Shown here one piece after another: positions 41,700 to 53,349 of a stretch of 64,000 nucleotides of DNA. The stretch spans positions 5,146,001 to 5,210,000 of the forward strand of contig OX597817.1 in the NCBI GenBank assembly GCA_951406725.2, in the 5' to 3' direction. A model generated the notes under the pieces. The model did not search any database. It was not told the origin of the DNA and was given only the letters and a program-made list of their open reading frames with translations. The stretch's first letter is position 1. Every line of letters begins with the position of its first letter. The translations under genes were made by a program, and so were the position numbers. This DNA is from Octopus vulgaris (taxonomy: Eukaryota).

Positions 41700-42240
41700 A
41701 AAGAAGGTTTGAAAATGCAATTTAAAAGATGTATATTTACTTCACCGGTTTCACTCTTTGGAAAAAGATTGTCAAAAGTAACATGTAGAAGTTTGGTTGC
41801 GTTAATTATTGGTTGTTGCAAATTGCTACATTACATATATACAGTCTTTGGTAACAGGGACATGTTAAGGACATAAAAAAGTTCAACAAGTTCCTTAAAA
41901 TATTGGGCACAAAAGATTACTACATAAATAATCGTTCTCAAGGACATGCTTAAGATAGTCTCCAGAAGGAATTGATATTGGTATTGTATCTGTATATTCA
42001 AACATGCGCAGAATATTGGTTGACACAGAGTACTATAATCAATATAAATATACATTCTTTGGTGACAAGAGTATGTTGAGAATATAAAAAAGTTTAACAA
42101 GCTCATTGAAATAATGGGCACAAAAGATTACAACAAATATATTATACATCTCAAGATAATTTCCAGGAGGAATTATTAAAAAAGTTCAGTATACACGTAC
42201 AGAATATTATGAGTTCAAAATGATTTACATTATAATAGTG
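41700..42240 (-). mobile_element. PLE-like remnant with degenerate minimal HHR (41737-41781) and a diverged tandem duplication of about 210 bp
   Basis: Reverse complement TACT-TTTGACA-ATCTTT..AAAGAGT-GAAA-CCGG-TG-AAGTA; the block TGGGCACAAAAGATTAC occurs near 41904 and 42115. Confidence 0.4.
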
Positions 42241-42519
42241 GTGAAGCTAAAACTGACCTGTCCGTTTTAGGAGGAGAAATGTGGAACTGAAAAGAATTTA
42301 CCCTTTTTCTTTTTTTTTGTCTCTCCTTCAAGCATCAATGATTTTGGGGTCAGGTTGGGGTGAGTGTGTGTGTCTTTGTGTGTGTGTGTGCATGCATACA
42401 TACATATGTGGTGTGAATAGATGTGTATGTGTGTCTGTAAGATCTCGTAGGATGGTGTGTTCGTTTGTTGGAACACTTCAATATATATTGGGAATTACTA
42501 AGTAATACATAAATACAAG

Positions 42520-42630
42520 CATATATACAAGCGAAACGCCCCCTCGTCCAATGGACGGAGCTGAGTTGTCAAACATTTAAGCCAAAGTTTCTCAAAACAA
42601 CTTGTCCGACCGTCCTATAGGCCTCCCCTT
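42520..42630 (-). mobile_element. Helitron-like 3' end
   Basis: Inverted copy of 36424-36530. Confidence 0.7.
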
Positions 42631-42677
42631 CTTTCGTATATAATTCCACTCGTGCGGTACCCAACAACTCCACTTGT

Positions 42678-42718
<41 letters not shown>

Positions 42719-42763
42719 ATGTATGTATATATGTATGTATGTATGTATGTATATATGTATGTA

Positions 42764-42799
<36 letters not shown>

Positions 42800-42854
42800 T
42801 GGTTGTATGCATATTAGTATGTATGTATGTATTTATGCATGTATGTATGTATAT

Positions 42855-43282
42855 AGAGTAGAGTAATTTATTTTATAGGCCTGAATTTGATATTTTTTAT
42901 CATAAGGAAGAGGTCTTCTTCAAAAGGTTCAAGTAGGCTGTTGGTGGGAGGAGCCTTATTAGATTTGAAGCCGTACATTTCATTATTGGTAGAAGCTACA
43001 TCAAGGTGGTGGAAGAAGAACGATCTCCATCTAATTCGATTGATGAACTCATCAGTCCGTCTAATGAGGGCTTTTATGTACTGTTTCCTTGGTGGGATAG
43101 GAATGTTCTTCAGGGAAGCGTTGAGGTCGATTCTTGTCAGCATTATTTCTTGGAGATGGTTATAAGGGCACTAGGGTGTGCTAGGATATGTAGGTCCCGG
43201 TTTGAGTCGGGGTTAACCACAGTAAATAAGGTACTCAATACATAGCAGAGTAAGGTAATTTATTTTATAGCTATAAAATAAA
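42855..43282 (-). mobile_element. Penelope-like element 5' region: N-terminal 91 codons of the ORF (42868-43143)
   Basis: SLKNIPIP..YIKALI...EFINRIRWRSFFF...YGFKS.KAPP...LEPFEEDL..MIKNIKFR matches the N-terminus I recognise in Naiad-type PLE ORFs; bracketed by a roughly 24-bp direct repeat and microsatellites. Confidence 0.75.
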
Positions 43283-43304
43283 ATATATATATATGTATAT
43301 ATAC

Positions 43305-43549
<245 letters not shown>

Positions 43550-43579
43550 AGAGAGAGAGAGAGAGAGAGATAGTTGAAA

Positions 43580-43760
43580 TGCATAGAAAAAGAAAAGACG
43601 AAGACCGGTCCGGTGTATGAACAACAAGCAAGTGTATTAGATTGGCGCTCGATAAAATGAAAGAGTCTTTACGTTTCGAGACTAAGGCTCTTCAACAGAA
43701 AGGAATAAGAGAATATAATCTGAGAGAAAATGAAACAAACTTGTAGATTTCAGCGGTCCA
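43580..43760 (-). mobile_element. PLE pLTR remnant with mutated minimal HHR at 43666-43702
   Basis: Reverse complement CTTT-CTGTTGA-AGAG-CCTTAGT-CTC-GAAA-CG-TA|AAGA; CUGA is mutated to CUGU. Confidence 0.55.
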
Positions 43761-44081
43761 GCATGGCAAATCAATATACATATATATAGAATGATATATA
43801 AAGGTAAGATCCAAAGATCTAAGTGTAGGTAGTGTGTAAGCGTTCGGTAGAAGGTATACATATCACAGACACTGTATTGTAACTCCACCATATATGTGCA
43901 GACAGATTTGATAAAGTAGGGAGTGCCATGATTTTGACATCTATTAAGTTTATTTCGAATTCCTATGAAATTTGTGAAACCTTCTGAATATAAGCCCTCA
44001 CTCACATCGCAGATTACATAATGTCATATATTTCTATGTACATTAACACATTGAATGTGTTGTTATCAGTGACTGATTATA

Positions 44082-44124
<43 letters not shown>

Positions 44125-44128
<4 letters not shown>

Positions 44129-44876
44129 TCGCTATTAACGGTAAGTGACTGAATTCGTATATTTGCCACTCCGGTTTGGTGTATGTGAGCCGCAAGGGCC
44201 TTCGTTTTTGGAATCTCCACTTATAGAAATGGAAAAAACGGTCTTTGACTGCCATTTCTAATTCCTTCGGTATGAGGCGAAACAGCTCGCTGCTAGCCAA
44301 CTTATTTTTCTTTACTATATACTGAACCTTACAAAGGTCTTGACAATTATTTTGTCGTATTTACATACCGAAATTTACCGGTAAATAATTGTTGGTTACA
44401 TGAAAAACCACAGGAAAATTATTTACCATTTTTATTGTATTACCATGTGGATTCCTCATTCCATTACGATTACCCAGAAGGCGCGCATGGCAGAATTTTG
44501 GAGGGAAAATTTACGTTCCCAGTCGTTACTTGGTTTTAGCATCTGCGCACTTCCCCCCACTATCTGATGTCGCTGGGTCAGAAGTGAGGGCTGGTGGCAT
44601 TTGATAAAGCTAACGAATATAGCGCTGAAGAAGGAATTCAAACTCCCCTTTTTTTATATGTTTGTGATCCAGAAACACCGTGTTCGCTATTAACGGTAAG
44701 TGACTGAATTCGTATATTTGCCACTCCGGTTTTGTGTATGTGAGCCGCAAGGGCCTTCGTTTTTGGAATCTCCACTTATAGAAATGGAAAAAACGGTCTT
44801 TGACTGCCATTTCTAATTCCTTCGGTATGAGGCGAAACAGCTCGCTGCTAGCCAACTTATTTTTCTTTACTATATA
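44125..44876 (+). mobile_element. retrozyme-like non-autonomous element: 555-bp unit, 1.35 tandem copies, hammerhead at the unit junction
   Basis: 44125-44321 and 44680-44876 are 197-bp direct repeats with one mismatch and an offset of exactly 555; HHR at 44619-44690; both ends merge into TG/TA microsatellite; no credible ORF. Confidence 0.75.
44619..44690 (+). ncRNA. type I hammerhead ribozyme motif
   Basis: ATAGCG-CTGAAGA-AGGAATTCAAAC...GTTTGTGATCCA-GAAA-C-ACCGT-G-TT|CGCTAT; perfect 6-bp helix I; predicted cut 3' of 44684. Confidence 0.75.
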
Positions 44877-44979
44877 TATATATATATATATACATACATA
44901 TCTATATATATATATATATGTATATATACACATATATATACATATATATATATGCACACACACACACATATATATATAT

Positions 44980-45022
<43 letters not shown>

Positions 45023-45152
45023 AAGAGATAGTACCTCCATAAAGTAATTCAATTAATACTGAAAGATATATAAATATATTATATATATATATTATTATTA
45101 ACATTATGCTAAGCATTTCTATACTAAATAATATACATTAAATAATACACTT

Positions 45153-45240
45153 TAAAACGACGACGCGTGTTTCGTGACTATGTATACGAATCTACAATAT
45201 TTTTTTTATCCACGGATACATAGCCACTCTTCAGGTTTCA
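45153..45240 (-). ncRNA. type I hammerhead ribozyme motif, canonical GUC site
   Basis: Reverse complement TGAAAC-CTGAAGA-GTGGCTATGTAT...ATACATAGTCAC-GAAA-C-ACGCGTC-G-TC|GTTTTA; 6-bp helix I and 12-bp helix II, whose one non-Watson-Crick pair is G-U on this strand. Confidence 0.85.
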
Positions 45241-46212
45241 GTATCATAAAATAAATTTATGACATAAATGTAGTCATTATAATTACACTATACTATAGAA
45301 ATAATTGATAAGATATAACAATATTAAAGAAATGTATGAGCATGACTTTTCTTTTTGATGGGCACCAGTCAACTCCGCAAATTAATGATAGCTAGTGAAG
45401 TTATTTATATGATTTCCCATGTATGGGTGGTAATTCTCCTTTACTGAATACGAGTACTAAAGAAAATACTATCCTCTATTTAAGATTTCCGGAGTAGGGG
45501 AGGTAATTATAAAAATACTTCAAATATTAAAAATAGGAAAATAGCAAAAAAATATATATATATGAAGGGAAAAAAATTAATGTACGTGGTTAATTTATTC
45601 AGGTAATTAAGCAATCAAACAGAATTTACTGGTTTTTATGAAAAATAAAAGCGTTATTTATCTTATGTCAGTAAAATTGAATTTTATATGTTAAACTAAA
45701 AATTAAACTTATAATATTTATACTTTACAAATTTGGTATTAAAATTATTCTAGACTAAAATTATACAAAAACCATGTTAAAAGTTAACTACAATTTAATT
45801 GTTACAAGAATTCTATAACTTTAAATCAACACGTAAATAATAATTTAAGGACTGATAATAGAACTATTTATTATAACGTTGCAAATTGAAATTTTAATCG
45901 TTAAACTAAAATTTGGCGTTGCAAAAAATTTCTATTAATTATAATCTTACGTAAACTATTACTACAGGGGAACTATACATAAATACGTATTTTAACTAAA
46001 AAAAATAACAGATAATCATGATGTAATATAGCATTTTCTGAGGAGTATTTCTAAATTTATATTTATGTAAAACTAAGATGTTATGCAAAAGCCCTACAAT
46101 TATCTTACTGTCTGCTAATTGTTATATATAATCACCAATCTATTTGTTCTTTTTTTAATATTATTAACCTCTTTGTTAAGTTATATTCTAGTAATGTACG
46201 TATATATATATG

Positions 46213-46265
<53 letters not shown>

Positions 46266-47008
46266 TTATATGTGTATGTATATATATATATGTGTATATA
46301 TATATATTCTATATGTGTATGTATATATATGAGTGTATCTGTACATATTTGTGTGTATGCGTGTTGTGTATATGTGCGTATGAGTGTCTGTAGGAGCATG
46401 TGGTTGTGCGTGTGTGTGTGCGCGCGCGTTTGCATGTATATATGTGTGTGTGCATGTGTACATATGTATGTGCGTGCGCGGGCGCCCGCCCGATTGCCTC
46501 TGTATGTTTAACGTTACTGGTAACGTAATATAAATATGGTGCATTATTTGGTTGCTGCTGAGTAAATCGGCACCGATCAATCTGACTACGCTGGTGAGGA
46601 GAGGTTATGAAAACATAGAAGAATATAAGACCAAACAAAAGAACGGTCGAACACTACGTAGTGTTGACGTTTCTCGACCAACAGTGTTTGAAGATATTGA
46701 AACGCCCAACAGAATGTGTGAACGCACTGTGAGGTCACAGAGGGTAATAAGTAGACTTGTGCTATTTAACCGCAATGAAAGCAGCTGAAAGAGAGAGGTC
46801 TCTTCCATTATATTGGCTTAACCTAACAAGCCATTTATCTGCATTTATGTAGCAAGCATTTATCTCCATCCATTTAGAATTTCCAGATTTATTAGCATTT
46901 GCTTTGGCTTTTCATGACATTACGTATAGTGAACAATATCAGCGTGGTGTTAAGTAAACTACATTTTCTATTTATTACTGGTATATATGCACAAGTGTGC
47001 ATATATAC

Positions 47009-47009
<1 letters not shown>

Positions 47010-47049
<40 letters not shown>

Positions 47050-47255
47050 TGTGTCAGTGTCTGTCCCCCAACATCGCTTGACAACCGATGGTGTTGTGTT
47101 TACGTACCCGTAACTCAGCAGTTCGGCAAAAGACCGCCGATACAATAAGTACTAGGCTTACAAATAATAAGTCCTAGAGTTGATTTGCTCGACTAAAGGT
47201 GGTACTCCAGCATGGTCGTAGTCAAATCACTGACACAAATAAAAGAATAAAAGAA
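47010..47255 (+). mobile_element. SINE family A 3' half
   Basis: CATCGCTTGACAACCGATG...GTTCGGCAAAAGA...TTTGCTCGACTAAAGG..CCAGCATGG. Confidence 0.85.
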
Positions 47256-49723
47256 TATATATGAAATACATAAAACAAGATGGAATAAAAGGGCTTTAAT
47301 CACAATTCCCACCAGTTCTTTCTGTGCATTAGTAACTGCTGTTAGATGTGTTTTCATATTATACGTATTATTATTTAAATATAATACAAATCTCATACAA
47401 AAGTACTTGTTTACTTGAAAGTGCCCAGTTGAGTGTCTTTGTGTGCACCGCTGGATCACGTCCAGTTTTCCATTCTTTTAGGTCCATTTTCTATTTTTAG
47501 CATTCATTTGATAAAGCGTTACAAGTAGATTCAAAATAGAACAAATATACCAATGGAAATAAAAACAAAATAAAGAATATGAAATATAATGTAACAAAAT
47601 TTCAAATTCGATATCTTTTAGCAGAACAATTTTTCGTCTTGCACACGATGCATTTTGCAAATGGGACGAGAACTCCCTACCATCCGAACTCCTTGACCAC
47701 CAGACCACGTGCTTTCGATCTCCTTGGATCATCCTCAGTAATGAACTCATATTACATGTTAATATAATCTCGGAGTGTTTGTAAAATCAATTTATCATTA
47801 CATAATATCATTTCAAGTGTCTCTTACAGGCAGAAGTTACATGATTTTGAGCATGTGTTTTATGGTGACAGTGGTATATCTCAAGTCGCAAGTACCTATA
47901 GTGAAAAGACAGTGTCATACAGTCACTGATTCTGGTACAAGCACACCTGACTTACAAAGCATACTGAATGTGAGGCATACTGAATAACCAGCAGGAAGAG
48001 GAGTCCGCATGGGGTTAAAACCGCAGTATTATCTGTTCTTAACTAACAGCCACATTTAAGTGTTGATAAACACTACTCATATACGTATATATATATATAT
48101 ATATATATATAAACACATTTATACATAAATTTATGCATTCACATCCATGTACATACAAACATACATACTATTGTCGATTGATCTCGCTTAAATCAATAGT
48201 TTTCACTCCAACGCATTTATTATACTCTATTCATATTATTTTATTTCACACTGATATGTGTATATCTATGTAACCCCATATATATATCAAATTATACCCC
48301 CGCTTTTGCTCTCCACCATGTGTTTCTCTCTATGTCATTCTACCAAGTATATTCTACTTACACTATAATTAATGTAATTTAAACTTACCAGTAATGATAC
48401 TGCAGCTTTAATTTAGAACTTTCTAGTGAATAACGGATAGACATAACTAGATGGTCACAGATACGTATAAAATATTACAATTATCGAATAACTCAGTTAA
48501 TCAGCAATATAACCTTGCCAGAATTCATTAGCACATTTTAAGTACTTTTTGAATAAATGAATATTGATATAGTATCGAATGTTATATATTTTTTTCTAAA
48601 ATCCACAAATCAACTTTTAAATCCATGCTTACATCTTAAAATAATCTCTGAGTGTTTGTTGATTATATTATCATTAAATAATGTTATTTCAAGTATTTCT
48701 TTCAGGCAGAGGTTACATGCTTTTGAATATGTTATATGATGTATTTTGTACTATTACGTCATGTTCTATTGTATTTCTTCCGTTTAATGTCCCATATAAG
48801 ATTTGCGAGTGATGTGCATTGTCTCTTTCAGCTGTCTGAAAATGATGTAACATGGTTCCTACAGCGGTTCTTGCAGGTGTCGCTAGTTGCACCTATATAT
48901 GCATATATATAAGTGCACTTCTTTTCACTGTAGATTTATATATACTATTTCTCCGCAAACACACATTCGCCAAAGGACATGCTTTCTTTTCTCTGTAATT
49001 GTGTGTATTTATATTATTTGCAGCCAGATTGCCCCTTGTAATTTCCATAGCTTTCCTTTATTGTTATTGTTATTATTTCTATTCTTATTTCTATTATTCT
49101 CATTGCTATTATTTACGGTGCTGTTATTACCAGTGTTTACACCGTTCCCGTTGTTACTCCTATTATCTCTGTTAATGTTCACATTTATACTTAAATTAGA
49201 ATTATCTGATCTGTCACGATATCGCCTCCTAGCATTACCATCTGCCCTACTCTCAGAACCTGCACTATTCCGAATGATATTATTTTGAGTTTACGCATGC
49301 CAGATTCAGCTTGCTAATAGTTAGTTTAAGGAATTCAAAGTTATTTGATGTTGCATATGACAATTTCAACTTATCCCAGTTGAAAATGGTTTAGGGAGAT
49401 GTCTATCAAATGCATAGGAAAAACTCCTTAACAAGTTTAAATGTTACATGTAATCTGAATATTGGATTTAACCATAAAATTAGGTTTAATATAATCACCA
49501 TCATCCTGTGTACAGTCATTCCGTGTGGGATTAAAGCAGGCTTTTTGTCATTATTTCTCTTCGTCCATATCAACCCTAAGATTTACTCCCGCTTTATCTT
49601 TACTAGTATATTTATCTCTATGTCTTTCCGCTTTTTCATTATTTTCATCTTAATATTAATTACTTAAACCATTATTAGGTGAATAATAATTTTTTTACAG
49701 CATCCGGCACTAACCAGTGCTGC

Positions 49724-49802
<79 letters not shown>

Positions 49803-49831
49803 AGAAAAAAGCAACAAGAATGGATTGGTCG

Positions 49832-49920
49832 TTCAGTACAATTGTTTCATACGAAGAACAGCTTTATTAAAAGCTGCAAATATTGCAGCAAATACAAGTG
49901 TCCCGTATTCATCAGCCAAA
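49832..49920 (-). ncRNA. type I hammerhead ribozyme motif in a PLE-like 3' remnant (about 49800-50100)
   Basis: Reverse complement TTTGG-CTGATGA-ATACG...CGTAT-GAAA-C-AATT-G-TA|CTGAA; core fully intact. Confidence 0.8.
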
Positions 49921-50529
49921 ACACATATGAGTTTTCCAAACATCCTAGGGGGTGAGGCTACACTCATGAAGTATCGAAGAGAGTTCTATGAAAAGCCAAG
50001 TTAGATTGTAAGCAGACTTCAAAAGTTCTCTAATGATGCACAGTTTTATAAAAGATTTTGTTGGCTTCACAGTAAAGGTAAATCCATCCATAATAATGCA
50101 GGTGTAATTTCCGGAGATATGAGGAGATATTTCATACTCAGAGAAGATTAATGTATCCATAATAATGTAAATGTAATTTCCTGATATATGAGATGTTGAT
50201 CAGACTTCTATTCGTTTCACAAAACTACTACGTTGAAAGAAGAGATTGATTATATTGGCTAAAAGAAGTCGCAAAAGAAGCCAGTGAAGCAGAAACCGCC
50301 CACATAAGGACATTATGAGACATTATGGGAGGAAGGGGTGTAAGTACACAACCTACAAAGTTTAGTTTATTTCTGTGGTGACAGAAAATCTAGGTCATTG
50401 TTGCAGGAATCTGAGATTTATAATTTATAAATGAGAACATTACATTTGACCATCATACAGCTATTAACTGCCACTCCTACAGAGTTAAAAGCAGGTATAA
50501 GAATATAAAGAGAACAAAAGAAAGTATAT

Positions 50530-50561
50530 ATACATGTATATGTATATATATACATATATAT

Positions 50562-50610
<49 letters not shown>

Positions 50611-50616
50611 TCTATG

Positions 50617-50709
<93 letters not shown>

Positions 50710-50726
50710 GTATATACACATATATA

Positions 50727-50796
<70 letters not shown>

Positions 50797-50826
50797 TATA
50801 TACATATAAATATATATATATATATA
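50530..50826. repeat. long (TA)n-rich microsatellite complex
   Basis: Directly visible; one of dozens of TA, CA, GA and TATG arrays in the window. Confidence 0.95.
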
Positions 50827-51155
50827 CAGTTAGGCGATACAAAAAAGAGACAGCAAAACATCCAGATTAACGATAGAAAGAAAAAGGACGGGTCATTCGG
50901 AGTTTTCTTTCCTTAGTCAAGTTCCATATTATCTTTGCAATTTCGGTCTGTTATACTCGAGATTGCTCCAATCTGGCCAGCCCCCGAGGAAAACCTAAGC
51001 TAAGAGCATTAGGTTCCTTAGAAAAAAAAGCAGCGAATGTATACAAAAACAAAGACGAAAAAAACGGAGAATGCTAGACAAATACAAATAACAGGACATA
51101 ACAACAGATATCTTTCGACTAAGGACGAATTAAATTAATCTGGCCTGTGTGAAAA
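50826..51155 (-). mobile_element. PLE-like pLTR fragment
   Basis: Homologous to 31630-31826 (shared GAGATTGCTCCAATCTGGCCAGCCCC); abuts (TA)n. Confidence 0.55.
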
Positions 51156-51159
51156 TCAA

Positions 51160-51915
51160 ACACCGCAGATACTGAGTTTCTTTGTCAAACTGGAATTCTT
51201 TCTATTGGATCACTTCTCGTGACGCATCAATGACAACGGACAGTACACGTGATCTGTATGAACGATAGACGTATTCCCAAATAACTTCTTCATTGTGAAC
51301 TGGCAGAGTGGAGTCGCAAAAATAGTAAACCAGGAAAAAGATTCGGAAATAACATAAAATCTTACCTTGGTCAAATCAATGTTCCATATAAACATATTGA
51401 ATCTTTTACAACTGATAGGAAATCATAGCGGAAAATGTTTGGACAGGTGTTTGCTAGCTTTTAAGAGCCACGAATTGATCACTGTGAATTGAAAAGAAAT
51501 TTGCATAAATGGGAATTTTACCGACACCTCAGGACGAAGTTCATACCAGCGCGAGGTATGTGGCAGGCACTGTCTATCAAAAGCTGGTCTAAAGTCTCAC
51601 GATCGTACGAGAACAACATTAAACCACCCACCACCACCACCACCGCCATTACCATTCATTTTATGCACGAAAATGCTCTTCATTGTCATTTTTGCCAAAA
51701 GGTGTGTAAACCTTCTGGAGATCTAACGAGACATCTAAATATGCACAAAAAGAGCACAAATAAATAACAGATTCAGAAATGAGACACGTTTGACATATAT
51801 GTGTGGAAAGTGTTCAAGTCTCCAGCTCAAAAATTATACGTGGTTTCACTTGATGACTTAACTCTATATTTGTGCTTCAAGTGGTCAAGCATAGTTTCAA
51901 AGCAGACTGCCTTCA
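51160..51915 (+). mobile_element. RTE-clade LINE 3' end, decayed, with C-terminal C2H2 zinc fingers
   Basis: Translation DTEFLCQTGILSIGSLL..HVICMNDRRIPK*LLHCELAEWSRK..PGKRF..DRKS*RK..RIDHCELKR matches the RTE post-RT region. It continues into YQREVCGRHCLSKAGLKSH, CHFCQKVCKPSGDLTRHLNMH and a degenerate ..KVFKSPA finger. Confidence 0.85.
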
Positions 51916-51939
51916 TGTAAGCCTGTATCTCTTTCTCTC

Positions 51940-52023
<84 letters not shown>

Positions 52024-52190
52024 CAAACCTGGAGCAAGCAGCAGTATCATTACAGCGTCAGGTATAATGTGTCAGGTATCGTATACATTTACATAACATA
52101 GGTGCTGGTAGAGAAACACACATCTGTACATACACATAAACATCAGCGATGCTTGTGACAACCAGAAATTAAGCTAATGTACATATAAAT

Positions 52191-52308
52191 ATACATTTCC
52201 ACATATAATCATTCATTCACCTCGAAGCTTACGATATATATATGTATGTATATACCGTATATATAAATATATATATCTGTATATATATATATATACATAC
52301 ATACATCT

Positions 52309-52362
<54 letters not shown>

Positions 52363-52402
52363 TAAGCTGCGAGGTGAATGAATGTTCATATGTGGAAGTA
52401 TA
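52191..52402. repeat. inverted repeat (about 50-bp arms) flanking a TA/CA microsatellite
   Basis: TTCCACATAT..CATTCATTCACCTCGAAGCTTACGATAT vs ATATCGTAAGCTGCGAGGTGAATGAATG..ATATGTGGAA. Confidence 0.85.
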
Positions 52403-53040
52403 AGGTATTTCATATTTTACTCTATTTCATTGGAATATGAAATAAGTTTACAACTGGCTTATTTAAAGGTCACTCTGATCTACCACGTCTATGCGATTAT
52501 GTATGTACTTGAGCGACAAGATAAACTTGTGGCTGCGATATATTTATACATGTGCATACATACATAGACACACAAAGATACACACGCGCACACACATATT
52601 TATATACTTATGTAATAATATATAAAATATATACATATACACTTCTACATATCTATGAATATGTGGGTGTAGGTATCTATTCTACATAAATAATTGAGTG
52701 TGTATATATATTATCTATGCATACATATGTGAATGTTTTTTAATTGCATATACATGTATATCCATTTGCATTTATATAGATATATGTATGTATATGTATA
52801 TGTGTTTGCGTGTGAGTACATATATATAGAATGAAGGAAAGAAAATATACATACACATATGCATGTATATAAACACACACTCCCCACCGATGCGCTCACT
52901 CACACACACGTAACTGTGCTTATCTATACATGTGTGTAGTAAAGAAAGTGAGAGACAGAGAAAATGTGTATGCGTGTGTATGAGTGCGCGCGCGCTTGTG
53001 TGTGTTTGCAAGGTTGGACAATAAAAAGATAATAATAAAT

Positions 53041-53287
53041 GCGCCCTTTTAAAGCCTAGCCAGGCTCATGGGCCCGGTTTCCCATTTTCTATGGCGTATG
53101 TGTTCCCCAGCTGGACTGAACGCCAGTCCATTGCAGCGTTACTCATTTTTGCAAGCTGAGTGGACTGGAGCAACGTGAAATGAAGTGTTTTGCTCAAGAA
53201 CACCACGCGTCGCCGGGTCCAGGAATCGAAACCACAATCTTACGATCATGGCGCTGACACCTTAACCACTAAGTCACGCGCCTCCAC
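53041..53287 (-). mobile_element. tRNA-derived SINE, family D
   Basis: Reverse complement GTGGAGGCGCGTGACTTAGTGGTTAAG (A box), GGTTTCGATTCC (B box), TTGAGCAAAACACTTCATTTCAC body. Confidence 0.85.
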
Positions 53288-53349
53288 TCCAAAGATGGAT
53301 AGATCTTCTAAAATACCTTAAAAGCAAAGCTTGAGTATAGTCCTCATAA

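Noticed and set aside
44245-44295. Second hammerhead inside the 197-bp repeat (GCC..GGC-GAAAC-AGCT)
   Set aside because: The CUGAnGA box and NUH triplet are missing, so it is at most a relic.
44043-44969. Duplicated minus-strand ORFs ASSELFRLIPKELEMAVKDRFF...
   Set aside because: Antisense frames of the 197-bp repeat of the HHR element, with non-ATG starts and microsatellite-encoded ends.
51489-51767. Host C2H2 zinc-finger gene
   Set aside because: The finger is embedded in a stop- and frameshift-ridden RTE LINE 3' end.
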